From: Podarcis liolepis
Lineage: Eukaryota
Length of the DNA: 64,000 nucleotides
Strand: one strand, 5' to 3'
Assembly (NCBI GenBank): GCA_965112155.1
Contig: OZ218098.1
Shown: positions 9,540-23,738 of the stretch, one piece after another
How positions within the stretch are numbered: position 1 is the stretch's first letter
Layout: each line of letters begins with the position of its first letter
Made by a program: the position numbers and the translations under genes
The notes under the pieces: model-generated
The model's input: only the letters and a program-made list of their open reading frames with translations
Told to the model about the DNA's origin: nothing
Databases searched by the model: none

Positions 9540-10533
9540 CTAAAAGAAAGCACGATACATTAGAGCAATACAGGGAAACAGAAAACCCCTCCTCTTCTAG
9601 TTGGGCTTGCAGTAAGGGAACTCTGGATCTTGCGTCCAAAAGGGCTGCACTGCAGTTTATGGCATGTTCTACATGAAAAGCACTCCCTTGGAAGAAGAAA
9701 AAGAGGTGAAGCTCAGACCCAGAGAGTCACGTACAGCAATCACATGTCTGCATTTCACTGTGCACGTCCATCAAGAACAGCTATGACTGGCTATGGCTTC
9801 CCGCCCAGCATGTGCACACCGCATGTTCATGTACACCAAAATGCACATATGCGTGTTCACAGATTTCAGATTCCAGCCCCCCTTCCCCTGATGCAATTGG
9901 CTGGGCATGTCCTCCATTGGCTATCTTGCAGCTCACGGCTATTGGGAAGGGCCGCTGTGCTTATCTGAAGACATTCAAGCTTTTACTCAATTGTCCCTGT
10001 CGTCCGCATTGTTTTCATTCCCCTCAAACCACATTGCTTACAATTCCCCCTACCAAGGGTAACTGAGGATAACACTTCATGTGTTTGATGACGCGGATGC
10101 TAGTCCTTGAAAGTTTTGTTTACGTGGTTAACTCAGTGATTCTCAAAGCTTTCGTCTCCTTTCCTCAATAATTTATCTTCCCAGGAACTGCCATAGAAAT
10201 CCTACATATTTCAAAGGGTTGTTTTTTTTGGGGAGGGGGAGGTTTCACATTGTCATGCTACTCGCGCCTGCAGACCCCCCTTTTCCCTAGAGCACACCAA
10301 TATTCCCCTGTACAATACTCCCTTGCACTTTGTGCTTCCAGTTAAAACCCAAGATGCACAAGATTCAATGGGCAGGCGAATGGATCCTTATTCTCTGCTC
10401 AGTCTCTCCATCCAGTGTTGTGTGAAGGCAAGTGGAAGTCAGGCTTGAGTTGCCTCGAGTTCAGAGGCTGGCCCTGCAAGCAAAGGGTGGCACAGAAATG
10501 TTTTTTTCCAAACAAACAAGCAAGCAAACTTAC

Positions 10534-10639
10534 TCAGGCTTATGAGGAAATTTGCTTGACCAGTACTGGCATTCAATTCCTGACTTGGTGAACGAAATGG
10601 ATCCCCTATAATTCTGCCCCTCATCTTTGACACAGTCAC
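10534..10639 (-). CDS. F2: F2 exon 5 (kringle 1, first half)
   Basis: caacag|GT...GA|gtaagt; DCVKDEGQNYRGSISFTKSGIECQYWSSKFPHKP; 106 nt. Confidence 0.95.
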
Positions 10640-12138
10640 CTGTTGGAATAAAAAATACAGGATGCAGTGAAACGGAACAGCCAGCAGCATATTCAGAGAG
10701 TCAAGCCATCTCAGGGGCTTGGATGTAGGCTGATACACACAACAAGCGCTAGTTCAGAGGTGCTTCTATGTCCCCTGGTTTAGCTACACTTGATTGCTCT
10801 ACACTTCAGAAGGGGCAGCTGAATCTGGGAACTGACTCCATTGAAAAGCATTGTGTTTAAAGTTTCAGTAGAAAGAACACAGAGAAAACAGTGTGCTTGA
10901 AAATACATGTTCTATCAGTGGTGAGAGTTTGGGATAGACCATTCATATAGGCAATAGTTCATTCATCAAGACACATTTGGCACCCAAGCGAAACACAGGC
11001 CTTTATATTATTGTATTTATATTTGTTTATATATATTTTAGGTCACCTTTCAGGGTACAACTCCTTCTGAATATTATATCAACATGGAAAACCACTGAAC
11101 TATGTTCAATGTACAACATTTGCTCCTAGGCTGCCCTTGGTGCTGAAAAGAAAATGAAGAAAGTGCTGGGCAATTTTTATTTTGTTTACATTTTTCTATT
11201 TCATATGGGGGGAGGGCTGGATCCATGCTATACTCTGGAACAGCTAAGATGCCCCATAGAAGGACCCCAACTAACTTCTTAGGCCAGCACAAGGATTTCC
11301 ATGTGCACAGTGGAGCATCCCCTCTTCTCCTTTCCCCACCTTCCTCAAATCCCCCTCCCTCCCCAAATTGCTCTGGAAGGATGGGGGAAACCCCAGAACA
11401 GGTTCAGGAGTGGGGTGGAGAGAGGAGAGGAAGGGAAAGCTGTTGAATGAACAGGAATCCTTGTACTGGTGAAATTGGTTAGATATCCCTGCAATGGGTT
11501 TGTTACAGACTATAATAATGTTATGCATTTATTATATTTGCTAATTGGTTTTCTTGACAGATAACCCAAAGTGATATTTGGGCACATCACACATTGCAGG
11601 AGACAAACATGATTTTGTTTTTAGAGATACACATGTGCAGCAAGGAACCAGGCTCCGGCTTCATCTCTTTTATACTACATTTGAGAATTTAAAAACCCAT
11701 CCTGTCTCTCTCACAAGTACAGTTTTGGTAGTGTCTACATTAGGCATCAGGTCTCCCCCATGCCCCGCTCTGCCACCAGCTGCCCTATGGGCAAGAATCC
11801 TGATGACTTGTTCTATCTTCATATTGTTTATTGTGAAGTTATGAGTGTAGTTCAATGTTCCTTTAAGACACCTTGCAAGGATTTGTATCCTGAAAGCGGG
11901 GGGTGCAAGTAGCTGCAATGCATATAATAAATGGTATATAAATCATGCACATCTGCTAAAATGTGACTTGCAGCAGTGTCCCTCTGCGAGTTTAGGAAAG
12001 AGACAGGGACTCTCCTGAGAGGAATGCTTCTCAGTGATCTTGCCTTATTTAGAATTTGCCTCCAGTCTCTTAAGAGAAAGCAGATTCCTTGCACTCACCA
12101 TCACCAGGGCATCACAGATTCACTGTTAAGCTGCTTAC

Positions 12139-12189
12139 CTTTCAGGCACTCATCGAGAGCTGCTCTGGGCTGCTTCTGAGACTTGCATA
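12139..12189 (-). CDS. F2: F2 exon 4 (VCKSQKQPRAALDECLK)
   Basis: ccccag|...AAAG|gtaagc; 51 nt; two-Cys linker loop. Confidence 0.93.
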
Positions 12190-13433
12190 CTGGGGAGAGA
12201 ATAATACAATTCAGCTTAAAGGGATCTTCAGCTCATAAGAACAGCTCAACAGGATTGATCATGGGAAGCTTGCAAGGGGGACTGAATGCAACAGCTCTCT
12301 CTGCACTTGTGATTTCCAGCAACTGGTACTCAGAGGCATGCTGCCTCTCTGATACTGAGAGCAGCACACAGCCATTGGGAGATAGGAAAGCAACTCTCAT
12401 TTTCCTGGCTCCAAAAGCCCCCAAGGGGTGAAATCCAACTGTGCCTGTCTGCCAGTGTAATCAACTTCCGTTTGTGCAGCAGGAGATCTCCTTCCTCTCT
12501 TCTCCACTCCCAATCCCACAAATCTGATATGGAGGATTAGGAGACCACTCACATCAGATTTATGGGGGCTTCAGGGGGAAACAGAAGCAAAAATTCCCAT
12601 TGCACAGATGTCACGTGACACTGGATTCCACCCAAACATTGGGCAAGGATGAATTAGGAAGAAGTTTCTGTTTCTCCATTTTTAAAACAGATGAACGGTC
12701 CAGCCTTGCCAGTAAGAAACCTTTGGCAGCTGCTGTCAGTGCCATCTTAATGAATATGATGTGTTGCTTAGGGATAGGCAAATAGGAAGGGAGAGAGCGC
12801 TAGTGAAAGGATCAATCCTATGCCGAAAGGGGGATCTAGCCAATGGGTGGGAGGACATTGGCAGCAGCAGGAGATGCAAGTTGACCAAGTCCAGTTGACC
12901 AAGAACTAAACATGAATGGATGAAGAGCAGCAACATGAAAAACTTTGAAGCTTGGTGTGGCGATAGTAGTTACTGAAGGGACAGGAAAAGAGAGGAAACT
13001 GGAGGACACGGCTGGAGGAAATTAATTGACACAACTGTGGGGAAAGTGTGTGTATGTATGTTATGGCCAAAGTAGCCCTTAATAGTTGGGTCAATTTAAA
13101 TGGTATGACTGGTTTAGTTTGTGCAATTGGACTTCCACAGCAAGAGCTCCAAGATCAAGTATGGTAATAGAAGAAGGAAGAATTAAGATATGCAACTATT
13201 ATGCTTGCAACTTTATCATCCTATGCATGTTTACTTGGAGATGTTCTGCTGATTTCAAAGGATTTAACACCAAATAAGTATTTGCAGGAACTGCTGCTCT
13301 GGGATATGCAAGGCCATTGATGTAGAGACATAATTATCCAGAGCCTGTGAAAGCCAGATCTTGGAATAAGGTTCAGTGGTAAATAATATACAAAATAGCA
13401 AGGGTATTTGACAGGAGCTTTAGACATGCATAC

Positions 13434-13458
13434 CTGAATATTGTGCCCAGAATATATC
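13434..13458 (-). CDS. F2: F2 exon 3 (aromatic stack, DIFWAQYS)
   Basis: tttgcag|GATATATTCTGGGCACAATATTCAG|gtatgc; 25 nt; matches the DVFWAKYT-type exon. Confidence 0.93.
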
Positions 13459-13968
13459 CTGCAAAACAAAAGTGCTCACTTAGAAAGAAATACCCAAGAA
13501 TGAGTAAGTCAACTGATGCAGTTCTACAGTACTGCTGATGCTAGAAAGGTCTTACCCTGTAAGCTGTCAGGATGAGACACCACTCTGAGCTCTTTGGAGG
13601 CAGCATGAGATATGATTGTCATGACTCAGCAAGAGAGAGGACACATCTGATTTTGCTTCTGCCATCAAATTAAATCTACTGCAATTATGAGATGCATATA
13701 GCTCAAGGGTAACTACTGCATGAATTAAACAAGCCCTCCGCCAGCCTTCCATATGCTGTTAGACTCCAGTTCCCATCAGCCTCAGCTAGTGTGGCCAGTG
13801 GACAAGCGATGATGGGCGCAGTAGTCCAACAACATCCACCCATTTTAGAAGTACAAATTTAGATCTTTGACATGGCTAGCCAGTATATTTTAATATAACA
13901 ACCTTTAAGGTTTGGCTGAATAGGGTGGTGGCATCTGCACCGAGCCTGTCCCCACTTACATCCTACAG

Positions 13969-14104
13969 CAGGCTTCCTCAACCTCGGCCCTCCAGATGTT
14001 TTTGGCCCACAACTCCCATGATCCCTAGCTAGCAGGACCAGTGGTCAGGGATGATGGGAATTGTAGTCTCAAAACATCTGGAGTGCCAAGGTTGAGAAAG
14101 CCTG
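13969..14104. mobile_element. hAT-type MITE (about 135 bp family)
   Basis: TIR CAGGCTTCCTCAACCT / AGGTTGAGAAAGCCTG; TSD TCCTACAG / TCCTATAG. Confidence 0.85.
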
Positions 14105-14454
14105 TCCTATAGTATCACCCAGTCTTTAGGAACAAGGGGAAGTCTTACGATAATGTCCTGTCAACTATATTGCTTAATGGATTATTATTTACAGAAACCA
14201 TTCCTGTTGTCTATAGCATATATAAAAACATGTATGGGGATAAACGCTTTCCCTGGTTATTGGGCTTCCAGTGGAGGTCATTTCTCATCTGTTCCTCTAA
14301 GAGAAGAGATGCTACCAGACAACGGACTCCTGTTGAACGACTGGTCAAAGATCCGACACATTACGTAAAGGGACTGGTTTCTATATTATACAAATTTATT
14401 ATTAATGCCTCACCTCATTTGGGGCCCACAGTCAAAAATCATGATGGGAATTTA

Positions 14455-14712
14455 CCGTATTTTTCGCTCTATAAGACACACCAGACCATAAGACACACCT
14501 AATTTGTGGAGGAGGAAAATATGAAAAAAATATTCTGAATTTCAGAAGCTAGAACAAGAAGAGGGATTGCTGTGCAGTGAAAGCAGCGATCCCTCTTGCT
14601 GTTCTGGCTTCTGGGATAGCTGTGCAGCCTGCATTCACTCCATAAGACCCACACACATTTCCCCTTACTTTTTAGGAGGGAAAAAGTGAGTCTTATAGAG
14701 CAAAAAATACGG
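14455..14712. mobile_element. Tc2/pogo-type MITE, short relative of the 4423-6583 element
   Basis: TIR CCGTATTTTTCGCTCTATAAGAC / GTCTTATAGAGCAAAAAATACGG; TA TSD. Confidence 0.88.
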
Positions 14713-15255
14713 TAATTGGGACATACAGATAGATGATGAGAAATGTAGTGGTGTAGGAGAGCTGGAAAAAAATGTCACATCTGGCTACCAATGTGCCCCT
14801 TTGATTTCAGATAGTACCTGGGTAGATGAGTCTAAAAAGCTCAGGACACATTTTTTTCACAGCCCTCTAGCAGCTATGGTGGCTAATTTACCAGAAGTAA
14901 CTTATTTAGTGTTAACTCTGGAAGTGTATAATTGATTCTAACCAAACTAAGCCTATTTTTATAAATCTTTATTATTTGTAAAGGGTATCTTTGTTTGAAC
15001 AATTTATTATCCCTTTAGAGCTGCACTGGGTCTTTGTACTTTGTCCTTCCAAGCTGTGATGCATTGTGGTTTAAATCCCTTATTATTTGTTTCTTTTCTT
15101 TTTGCTATGTTTGCACTTTTGGTTGTTATTAAATTAATACATTTTATTATAAAATAAAATAAAATTACAACATCTGGAAGGAGACTGGGGAATTAAAGAA
15201 GAAATCCACTGTGAAATCCTCACAATGGTTGCTGGGCCCTTGAATATGTGACTTA

Positions 15256-15486
<231 letters not shown>

Positions 15487-17073
15487 TCAGTCCTTAGTGT
15501 GGAGGCTCATTCACTGGGGCAATTGTAATTCTGAAGGACCATTGAGTGGGAAGAACCCTACAGCCAGCCCTCTCCTCCAAGACATGATTAACCACCACAA
15601 CACAAACACAGACAGATCAGATGACACAGTCTGGATATCAGTGGTCAGAAGCAGAACTGGGCACCTGCAGAAAGCTGCTACGAATAAAATTTCCAGATGA
15701 TTCAGCCCACGGAGGTACACCACACATGGTGGAGAAGGGCAAGCCATTGTCATGTTTTCAGTATAATGTTGCATATTTCAGGATATCAGCTCTGCATTCC
15801 TACAATGCTCTCCCCTTTGTAGGCTCTAGCTGCCTGATTACAGATGTAATGCATTGCCCAACCACTGACAGTCTTGTGTTACAACAGACCAAACAGGAAA
15901 TTATGTCAAATGCCCAGTTTTCACTTCTAGATCTCAATGGGGCTGATCCAACACTACTGTCAGTGGAACTCCATGTGTGCAGCGCTGGATACAACCCAGT
16001 GTGGATTTCTCACCTAATCTTCACCTTTATGGCATTTGTTTATTTCAACCATTTGCATGCCTCTTGACTGCAGTCATTTCTAAGCAGCATGTAGGAGACC
16101 CAATACAATAGGAATAAACATGAGTTTAAACTATAGAATCAGAATTCAATAAAAAAAAGACTGCTGGAATAAGAAAAAAAGTATTCACAAAGCACCAAAT
16201 AGAAAATAGTATTTCTAGTGTATTCTGGTCTTATGGTGGTAGAACCAAGACTCTTGTTCAGTTTAGTATCAAGGTTGTGCCCAGAACTGACCACTTCCAA
16301 ATGGCAGGTCTCTTTCTGCTCTCTGGACACTTACCCTATTCCTGTTTGCACAGAAAAACATATTTACTCAGCCCTCGTCCTGTGTGCCTCTTTGCTGGCA
16401 CGTGCGCTGGCCTCTGTTTGCCCACCCCAGAATCTGAACCTTTGTAGTCCTCTCATTTCCCTTTTTCACATTCAGACATTAGAACTTTCAGTCTCGTTCA
16501 TGGGTGGGGAATGTCTGGCCTATGAGGCTAAATAATTAGGCCATGTTGGTCAAGCCATGCCTACCTGCCAGTCACCTGGTGATACCAGGCTTTGATACTA
16601 GGTGATACTAGGTTTGAGCAGGTAACAAGGAAGCTAGGCTGGAACAAAAGAGGGTCCTTAAGATGATTGTTCAATGTTTCTGAAGTCCTGCCAACCAGCT
16701 GATTGGTGGCGCTTCAGAAGAGTTGCACACTTGTCTTCTGAAGCACCAACAATCAGCTGTTTGCTGGGACCTCAAAGCATAGGGCATGGCTCTTTGCAAG
16801 CTCCTTTCAGAGGCCTGCATGAAGCTTTGAACACCCAACAACCAGCTGATTACAGGGAGTTAAAAGCACCATGTCACCTGACATAATTGTAACATCAGCT
16901 GATTGGCAGGTATGTCCCCTACCCACCCATCAAATTTGGTCTGTGGGATGGGTAGGGGTATAAATCCCCCCTCCATCTGATTAAGGTCTAGCAATGGTTG
17001 CTGAAGGATGAGGAGAATCACAGAGCTACCCCACAACGGAAAGCGTCAAGCTAGGGGTTGGGTTGGAACAGAA

Positions 17074-17213
17074 GCAGCCTTCTCCAATCTGGTGCCCTCC
17101 AATATTGTCAGACTCCTACTCCCATCAGCCTAACAACAAGTATAGCCAATGGTCAGGGATGATGGGAACTGTAGTCCAGCAAGATCTGAATGGTATCAGG
17201 TTAGGAAAAGGCG
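17074..17213. mobile_element. hAT-type MITE (decayed; boundaries approximate)
   Basis: Same ...actcccatcagcc...ggtcagggatgatgggaactgtagtcc... core as other copies. Confidence 0.65.
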
Positions 17214-18042
17214 AGACAGGGTTTCTGACCAGGTCTCCTCTATTGGAGAGAGAAACAACAGGGTGCCCTGTGGCAGCTTGAAGGCCAACAATTTAGCAGA
17301 AGCTTTCATGGACTAGAGTCCACTGTGTCATTTTTTTAAAATGCCACAAGACTCTGTTGCTTTGCCTGCTGCAATAGACTAATACAACTGCTCCTCAGGA
17401 AGCTGCCATTGCAGGCAGAAGGCTGTATCCAATGCAAACCACTGAAATTGATGGACGTGAGCAACATAAGTCAATTCTTTTCAATGCATTACTTAATGTA
17501 TTGCTTAGTTGGATATAACTCAGAGAGCACACCCTGTTTCTGAAGTGGTTAAACTGCATACACATGCCCCTCCTCAAAAAGGTACTTGAGGAGTACATTT
17601 TAATCTTTTGGTAAGTGCCATGTTCCTGCTAACTCTATTAAGAGTAAAGAAGAACCTTCCTGTTAAGATAAAGAACTCCAACAAAGAGGCGTCCATTGGA
17701 GAACCTCCCCCCCTCCCCCCCCCGTCCCATCAATCTTCCAGCAAGAAGCATGGAAAAAGACACACTATCATGTGATGTGACTCCTGTGTGTTCTGTTATT
17801 CAGGTGTGCATTCACAAATACAAAAGCTAAACGATAACTGGTCTGGAGAGAGAGAGTTCTGGCACAGCGCTGCCCTACCTCCACCATCTTTCCTCAATTA
17901 TCACTCGAGATCCTTCCTGCTCCAAAGCTGGGAGTCTCTGAAACATGGAGTGACATGCCTGCCTCTCTATACAGCTGCCACATCCTCTACATCTCAGCCA
18001 TGCCATGATAGTCTCTTTCAATGGGGCTGCTGCTGGGATTCA

Positions 18043-18210
18043 GGGCTGTAGCTCAGTTGTAGAGCCTCCCTTAGCATGAAGAAGGTCCTGGGTTCAACTG
18101 CTGGCATCTCCAGATAGGGCTGGGAGAGACCCTGGAGAGCCACTGCTAGTGAATGTAGACAATAAGAGATAGATGGACCAACGGCCTCAGTATAATAAAG
18201 CTTCCTATTT
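18043..18210 (+). mobile_element. tRNA-derived SINE (Squam3-like) in F2 intron 1
   Basis: A-box TAGCTCAGTTG, B-box-like GGTTCAACT, body ...ccctggagagccactgc...gatggaccaa..., tail gcttcctat. Confidence 0.75.
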
Positions 18211-18408
18211 TCCCTGGATGCTTGATCTGCCACACTGAACTTCCAATGTAGGAGGCCAACAGAATGAGTATTGCTAATCTGCTCTACTAGTCAATTGCAG
18301 CACAAGCCTACACGTTTTCTCAGAAACCCCAGAGTTCAACATTCATCCCCTTCGCACATGTTCTTAGGATTGCTGCCTGTTCACTGCTGAGCAGGCTGAT
18401 TTCCTTAC

Positions 18409-18487
18409 CCTGGTTGTAGCTCAGTGAGAGGTCCAGAAGAATGGCAAGGAGAAGGGTCCTCAGCATTCTGGTTCTGCTCTGTCCCAT
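18409..18487 (-). CDS. F2: F2 exon 1 (signal peptide MGQSRTRMLRTLLLAILLDLSLSYNQ)
   Basis: ATG at 18487, hydrophobic core, 79 nt ending CAG G|gtaagg; phase 1 matches exon 2. Confidence 0.9.
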
Positions 18488-18554
18488 TGCGTGTGCGCCT
18501 GACTGCAGGAAGATTGCAGAGGAAATGGATGAAGAATGATTGCAGCCCAGCCTG

Positions 18555-18778
18555 GGTTAATGTTGAACCAGGATGAAGAAACAGGAACCAGGTCACAGTA
18601 TGTCAGGGACAGTAAGTTTGAAGATCTCACTATCTCACCCATCCTGGTTTTCCTCTCCCTCTCTCCCTCCCTTGCATTTTTGCTTTCAGGTGCCTTGGTG
18701 GCACAAGCAACCAATGGAACAAGAACAATTCCATCCATACATTTAGATTGCTTGTGGTCTCAGAACACCAAATAAACA
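18555..18778 (-). promoter_or_regulatory. Putative liver-type F2 proximal promoter: HNF1-like site (18555-18568) and FOXA/HNF3-like site (18769-18778)
   Basis: GGTTAATGTTGAAC about 70 nt upstream of the ATG, and CAAATAAACA (TGTTTATTTG). Motif match only. Confidence 0.5.
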
Positions 18779-19795
18779 TAGACTGACATTAGGAAACAAT
18801 ATGCACGTCTTATTATTACGTCATTATTTCATAAAGCAGAGGACATTTGGCTATCCTGGCTTAAAATAAGGGAACTGCCATTTGTTTAGAAAATCCTCCT
18901 GTTGCAGATATTTAATCCAGATGCCAAAAGGTCTATTCCCTGTCTTTACTTCTGTGATCCTGTTCTAGAATACATTGAGAGACTGAATTTCTTCTCCCTT
19001 CCACAATTTATAATTATTTGATTATTGGATGTCTCTCAGCAAAAATTCAATGAGATCCCCATGACTTCTTTCTGAATGCCCAAAGAGATGTGCTTGATTA
19101 TATGTGTGTTGGAAAGGAGTCCAATAAGTCAGCACAGATGGAAGACACCAAGGAGTCAATTCATTAAATATTTGCATCCTGTTTCTTTTCATTTGTATCT
19201 TTTAAATTTTCCCCGTTTAATTGTGGTTTGGACATAAATGAATTTAAAACAAATATTTGGTATATTGACCAGCCACTTTTAATGGGTAAATGTAATTTTC
19301 AAACAGATGCATGTCATAAACTCTTCAAGATTGTAGTGCAAGTCCTGTAAGGTGAATACAGATGAATAATTATTGTATTCACTGAACACGATATTCGATA
19401 CTCATTGAATACAATATACAAAATTGAATACAAAAGCTTCATTGGGTTCAAATGGGTATGGAAAGGCAGCTAAACTCAAAGGCCCAGAGCACCTTTCAAA
19501 TGAAGAAAGGCTTGAGAACATGGGGTTTTACTTTATGAAGGAACACAAAAGTTTGTAAAATCATGATTGCTTGGAGCGAGCAGCTAGAGCGAAATGTCTT
19601 CTGTTTTCATAACACTTATGTACACTCAGTGTAGCTGACTGTAACCTAAGTCCAGGACTTAAAAAGGAAGCACTTCTTCACACATAATGTAAGACAATAA
19701 GATGTGGGGATAGTCACTAGCAGCTTGGCAACTTCTTAAAAGGATTACGCAAATTAATAAAGGCAAGGTTCATCAAAGTCTATTTTAGTTAAACG

Positions 19796-19930
19796 CAGTG
19801 CTATTTTTTGAGAAAAAGATGTGCCGGAACTCACCATGAAAGCCTCCCTCATTCTCTTAGTATGGCAAAGGCACCCACCTGACAGGTGCCAGAACTAAGT
19901 TCGAGTGAGTTCCCCCTGAAAATAGCCCTG
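19796..19930. mobile_element. hAT-type MITE (CAGTGCTATTTT...AAATAGCCCTG family)
   Basis: TIRs; second copy at 49898-50013, partial copy at 37386-37433. Confidence 0.75.
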
Positions 19931-20866
19931 GCTAAATCAAACCTCCATTTTCAGGGGCAGCGCAGCTCTATCAGATGAACAAAACACCACAGAGTGACTA
20001 CTACCTTGCTTATGAGCTTCTAGAGACATCTGACTGGCTACTAGAAACAGAATGCTGGACTTGATAAATCCAGCAAAGCAATTCTTATCTTCAAATTTAT
20101 TGAGATGAGTCTCACTGATAAAATAATTAAATTAGGAGTCAGTACAGTTAGATCTTGAAGTTCTAAGGCCATAATCTGAGCCATATACTCTTGATCAAAA
20201 TAAATTAGCAACATCAAATTCATCACTTGGAATTTAGGTCTTTGGAGATTCCAAATTAGTCCACCGTTTAGTAAAACAGGTCCCTACCCCGTCCTCATCT
20301 GAGACAAACTGTAAGTGTAGGAGGAGCTTAGAGAACGATCAATCTCAGGCCCCTTTCTCTTGCTCTTCTCTGTCTCTCTTCTGTAATGGTCTTCTAGTCA
20401 GTATTTGTTATCTCCATTGTACGCAAGTAAATATTAGCATTAGGGTAGCTGGGAAGTGACTCTTTGGCCACTTGTACAAAGAGCAATTGCACAGTCCCCA
20501 CCTCCAACAGATTGCAGAGTTTGAAGAACACAGAGTCTCTTTCTAACACACAATAAAGCAGAGAGATTTGAGAAATGCCCAGTTCTGGGTCTAGCTTACT
20601 GGGATATTTAGGCAGAGCCTGAGTTCAACCACAGGAGAACATCCAGACAAAGAGTTCTGGCCCATGTATGAAGGGAAACGTTTGAAGAACATTCACAAGC
20701 TGTCAAGACTACAACACTGCTTCCTGTAACATCTTCTCAAACCTGAACCTTTGTGAAGGCTGAGATCAGACTAGTAGCCCTCGTTAGTTCAGCATTTCTA
20801 ACTTCCTGAACAACTCCCCTTTTCACCTTATAACATCTGCTACAATCTCTTTCCCATCCCTACATA

Positions 20867-21113
20867 CAGTGTTACCTCGGGTTACGAACGCTTCAGGTTA
20901 CATACGCTTCAGGTTACAGACTCCGCTAACCCAGAAATATTACCTCTGGTTAAGAACTTTGCTTCAGGATGAGAACAGAAATCGTGCTCCGGCGGCGCGG
21001 CAGCAGCAGGAGGCCCCATTAGCTAAAGTGGTGCTTCAGGTTAAGAACAGTTTCAGGTTAAGAATGGACCTCCGGAATGAATTACCGTAAGTACTTAACC
21101 CAAGGTACCACTG
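20867..21113. mobile_element. Tigger/pogo-type MITE
   Basis: TIR CAGTGTTACCTCGGGTTA / TAACCCAAGGTACCACTG; TA TSD. Confidence 0.85.
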
Positions 21114-23738
21114 TACAGATCTAGTAAATATTAATAACTGCCAATCCATCAGGTTGCAGCAGATGGAAAGATGGGAAGCAGGGCCACTCAATTATCTCAG
21201 CTGAGAGGCTATCTTCATTTGGCTCCACCTATCCTTGACTTGTTTACGTTCCGGCTGGTCTTTGCAATAACTTTGTAACTTAAAAACTGGTACCCAAGTC
21301 TGCTTAATTCTCGCCACCTTTTAAACATGACACAAAAGATAGTAAACTATCTTGTGTGTTCGAGCCCTTACATAAGTGGCTCAGAGAGTTTTTTTATCTG
21401 AGGCATTATCACAGGACCCCCAACCCCTTGTTTTCAAACCATGTGCATCATGCAAACAAGTGCATATGCTTAAAAGACTGGCATAAGACATCTCCCTCCA
21501 ATCCGTGATTGGTTGGGATCAGCGCAACCAACAAACGTGCTTGACACCACATCAGCAATGATAGAAGATTGATATTTTGACTCATGCGTGGATTTCTTGG
21601 GTTTTGGCATCAGAAAGTCACTTTGCAGCTGTGTCAATATTGATACATGGAAAAGCTGCACCACTCTCTTGGAAAAGACAAAAAACATACATGCCAGCCA
21701 TTCTAGATCACTGCTCCAAATCCTACTGCCTCAAAAGACTGCTTCCTTTGTGACTGCTTGTAAATGTACCACTGGGTGAGCCCAACAGTAGGAAGTCAGT
21801 ACTGTAATCTCAAGCATCTGTTTACTTTATCTAAACAGTTTGGAAATGTGGGGGTAGCAGAGACATAGGAAAAGCAACAAGTGTAGTTATGTGACCTATT
21901 GCTACCAGCACCAAATGACAGCTGGCCCATCCTAAGTATTCAAGAAGGAAGCATGTGGTAAATGAACACCACTTTGCAGAGGCTGTGACTATGTAATAAA
22001 TTATGTTGTTGACAATGCAAGCCACCTAGCGAATGAATAAACCCAAGTGCGTTAAACCTCAATGTATTTTCTGGAAATAGCAAAGCACTAAGGAAGAACT
22101 GTTAAAATGTCATATTGGACCACAGACACTCGCGATCCAATTTCTACCCAGCCGTGAAGTTTTGATTTGGCTTTGGGCAATTCAGACTCTCTTGGCTCAG
22201 TTTCCTATGTGTTAAAATACCCGACTGGCCTATCACCACAGGATGCTGGGAAGAAGAAAATGACTCTCAAGTAGTGAATACAACCGCATAAAGTGATACA
22301 AAAATGGAAAATAAAAAAATTCCCATCCAACATTAATTCAAATTAGCTTGGACCAAAACTACTAACTATACATTGCAACACTATGGTGCAACATGACCTC
22401 CTGACAGGAAGTCTGTGATACTCACCATCAAGGAAAAGCTAAACAAAACAAAAGTAGCAAATTTGGCAAAGTACTATGTTAAAACGAGACAATGTAATTA
22501 AGCATCATTTTCATTTGTCAGTTTTTATATAATGTAATGAAATGCATTACAGGCATAGCAAAGATCTTCCTCATTGATTTACTTCCGTGTGAATGAAAAC
22601 TGTCACCATTTGAATCTTGCTCCTGCAGTATGAAGTGGTCTAATCCAGCAACACAGGTATCATATGCAACTGCTGAGATGATATTTACCAGATCCAATGA
22701 ATTGGTTTTATTTTAAAAGCAAACCTTTGGATTACAGTTGCAGCCACTCTGAGATCTACAATTCTCACTCAGACTGCAATGTGCTGACTTGGGCAAAACC
22801 CAAACACCATCTTGGTAGGTATCAAACAAATGTCTCTGGGACTCCACATCATGGTAATAATATACATAACCAACAACCACACTGTGGCTAAATTGCATGG
22901 TGACTATCACAGCATCACCAGCACAAGCCCATGGAGAGGTAGAACTGGCAAAAGAAACACCTATATGTTCTGTCTGAGTCACACGATTGACTGCATGTGC
23001 TACCACAATGTTTTTGAGAGCTGCTTACATCACCAACCTAATGTGGGAGTTGGATCTTCGCCAATGTTGTCGTTAGCTGTTATTAAAGCAGGCATCTGAT
23101 GGCTTCATCCCCTACTCAGATGCAGCAAGTATCAAGTTAAAGCACATCTAAGCACAGTTTGGGCAAATGAGTCAGGAGCAGTAGCTTCCTGTTATTTATA
23201 CCTTTGAAGCTAAAGAACTTTGAACCCTCACTGGTGTTGACATAATCCTTGCACACCTCAGAAAATTGTTGGAAGTTCCTGCTCTTTTACTTTAAAAAAG
23301 ATATACTTCCATACTTTCTATTGCATTAATTTTTGGACCATTTGTGCATAACCATCTGGAAATCTGCAGACGCTTCACCACTCAGTCAGTTTTGCCACGT
23401 TTTCACTAAACATATGTAACACACAAGCAGAACCGGTGCAATTCCTGACACTGGTTCAATTTGAAACAAATTCTGTTAGTATAGAAGAGATCCATAGTGA
23501 AGACTTTCTTCTAGGCATAACCTCATCTATCAGGCAGACCCTTTTGCCCAGGCTTACGGGCTTTGGAAATGATGGTGGGAATCCAGCCACAGCCTTGGCC
23601 AAACTGAAGTCACCTATTCCCTTCTAAACATCCCAGTATATATTTCATAACCCGCATGCTGTTTTCTTGCAAACACAGAGAAAGAGCACACTCACACTTC
23701 CAAAGATGTTTTAATGCTATCTGCAAAAAGACTGACAG

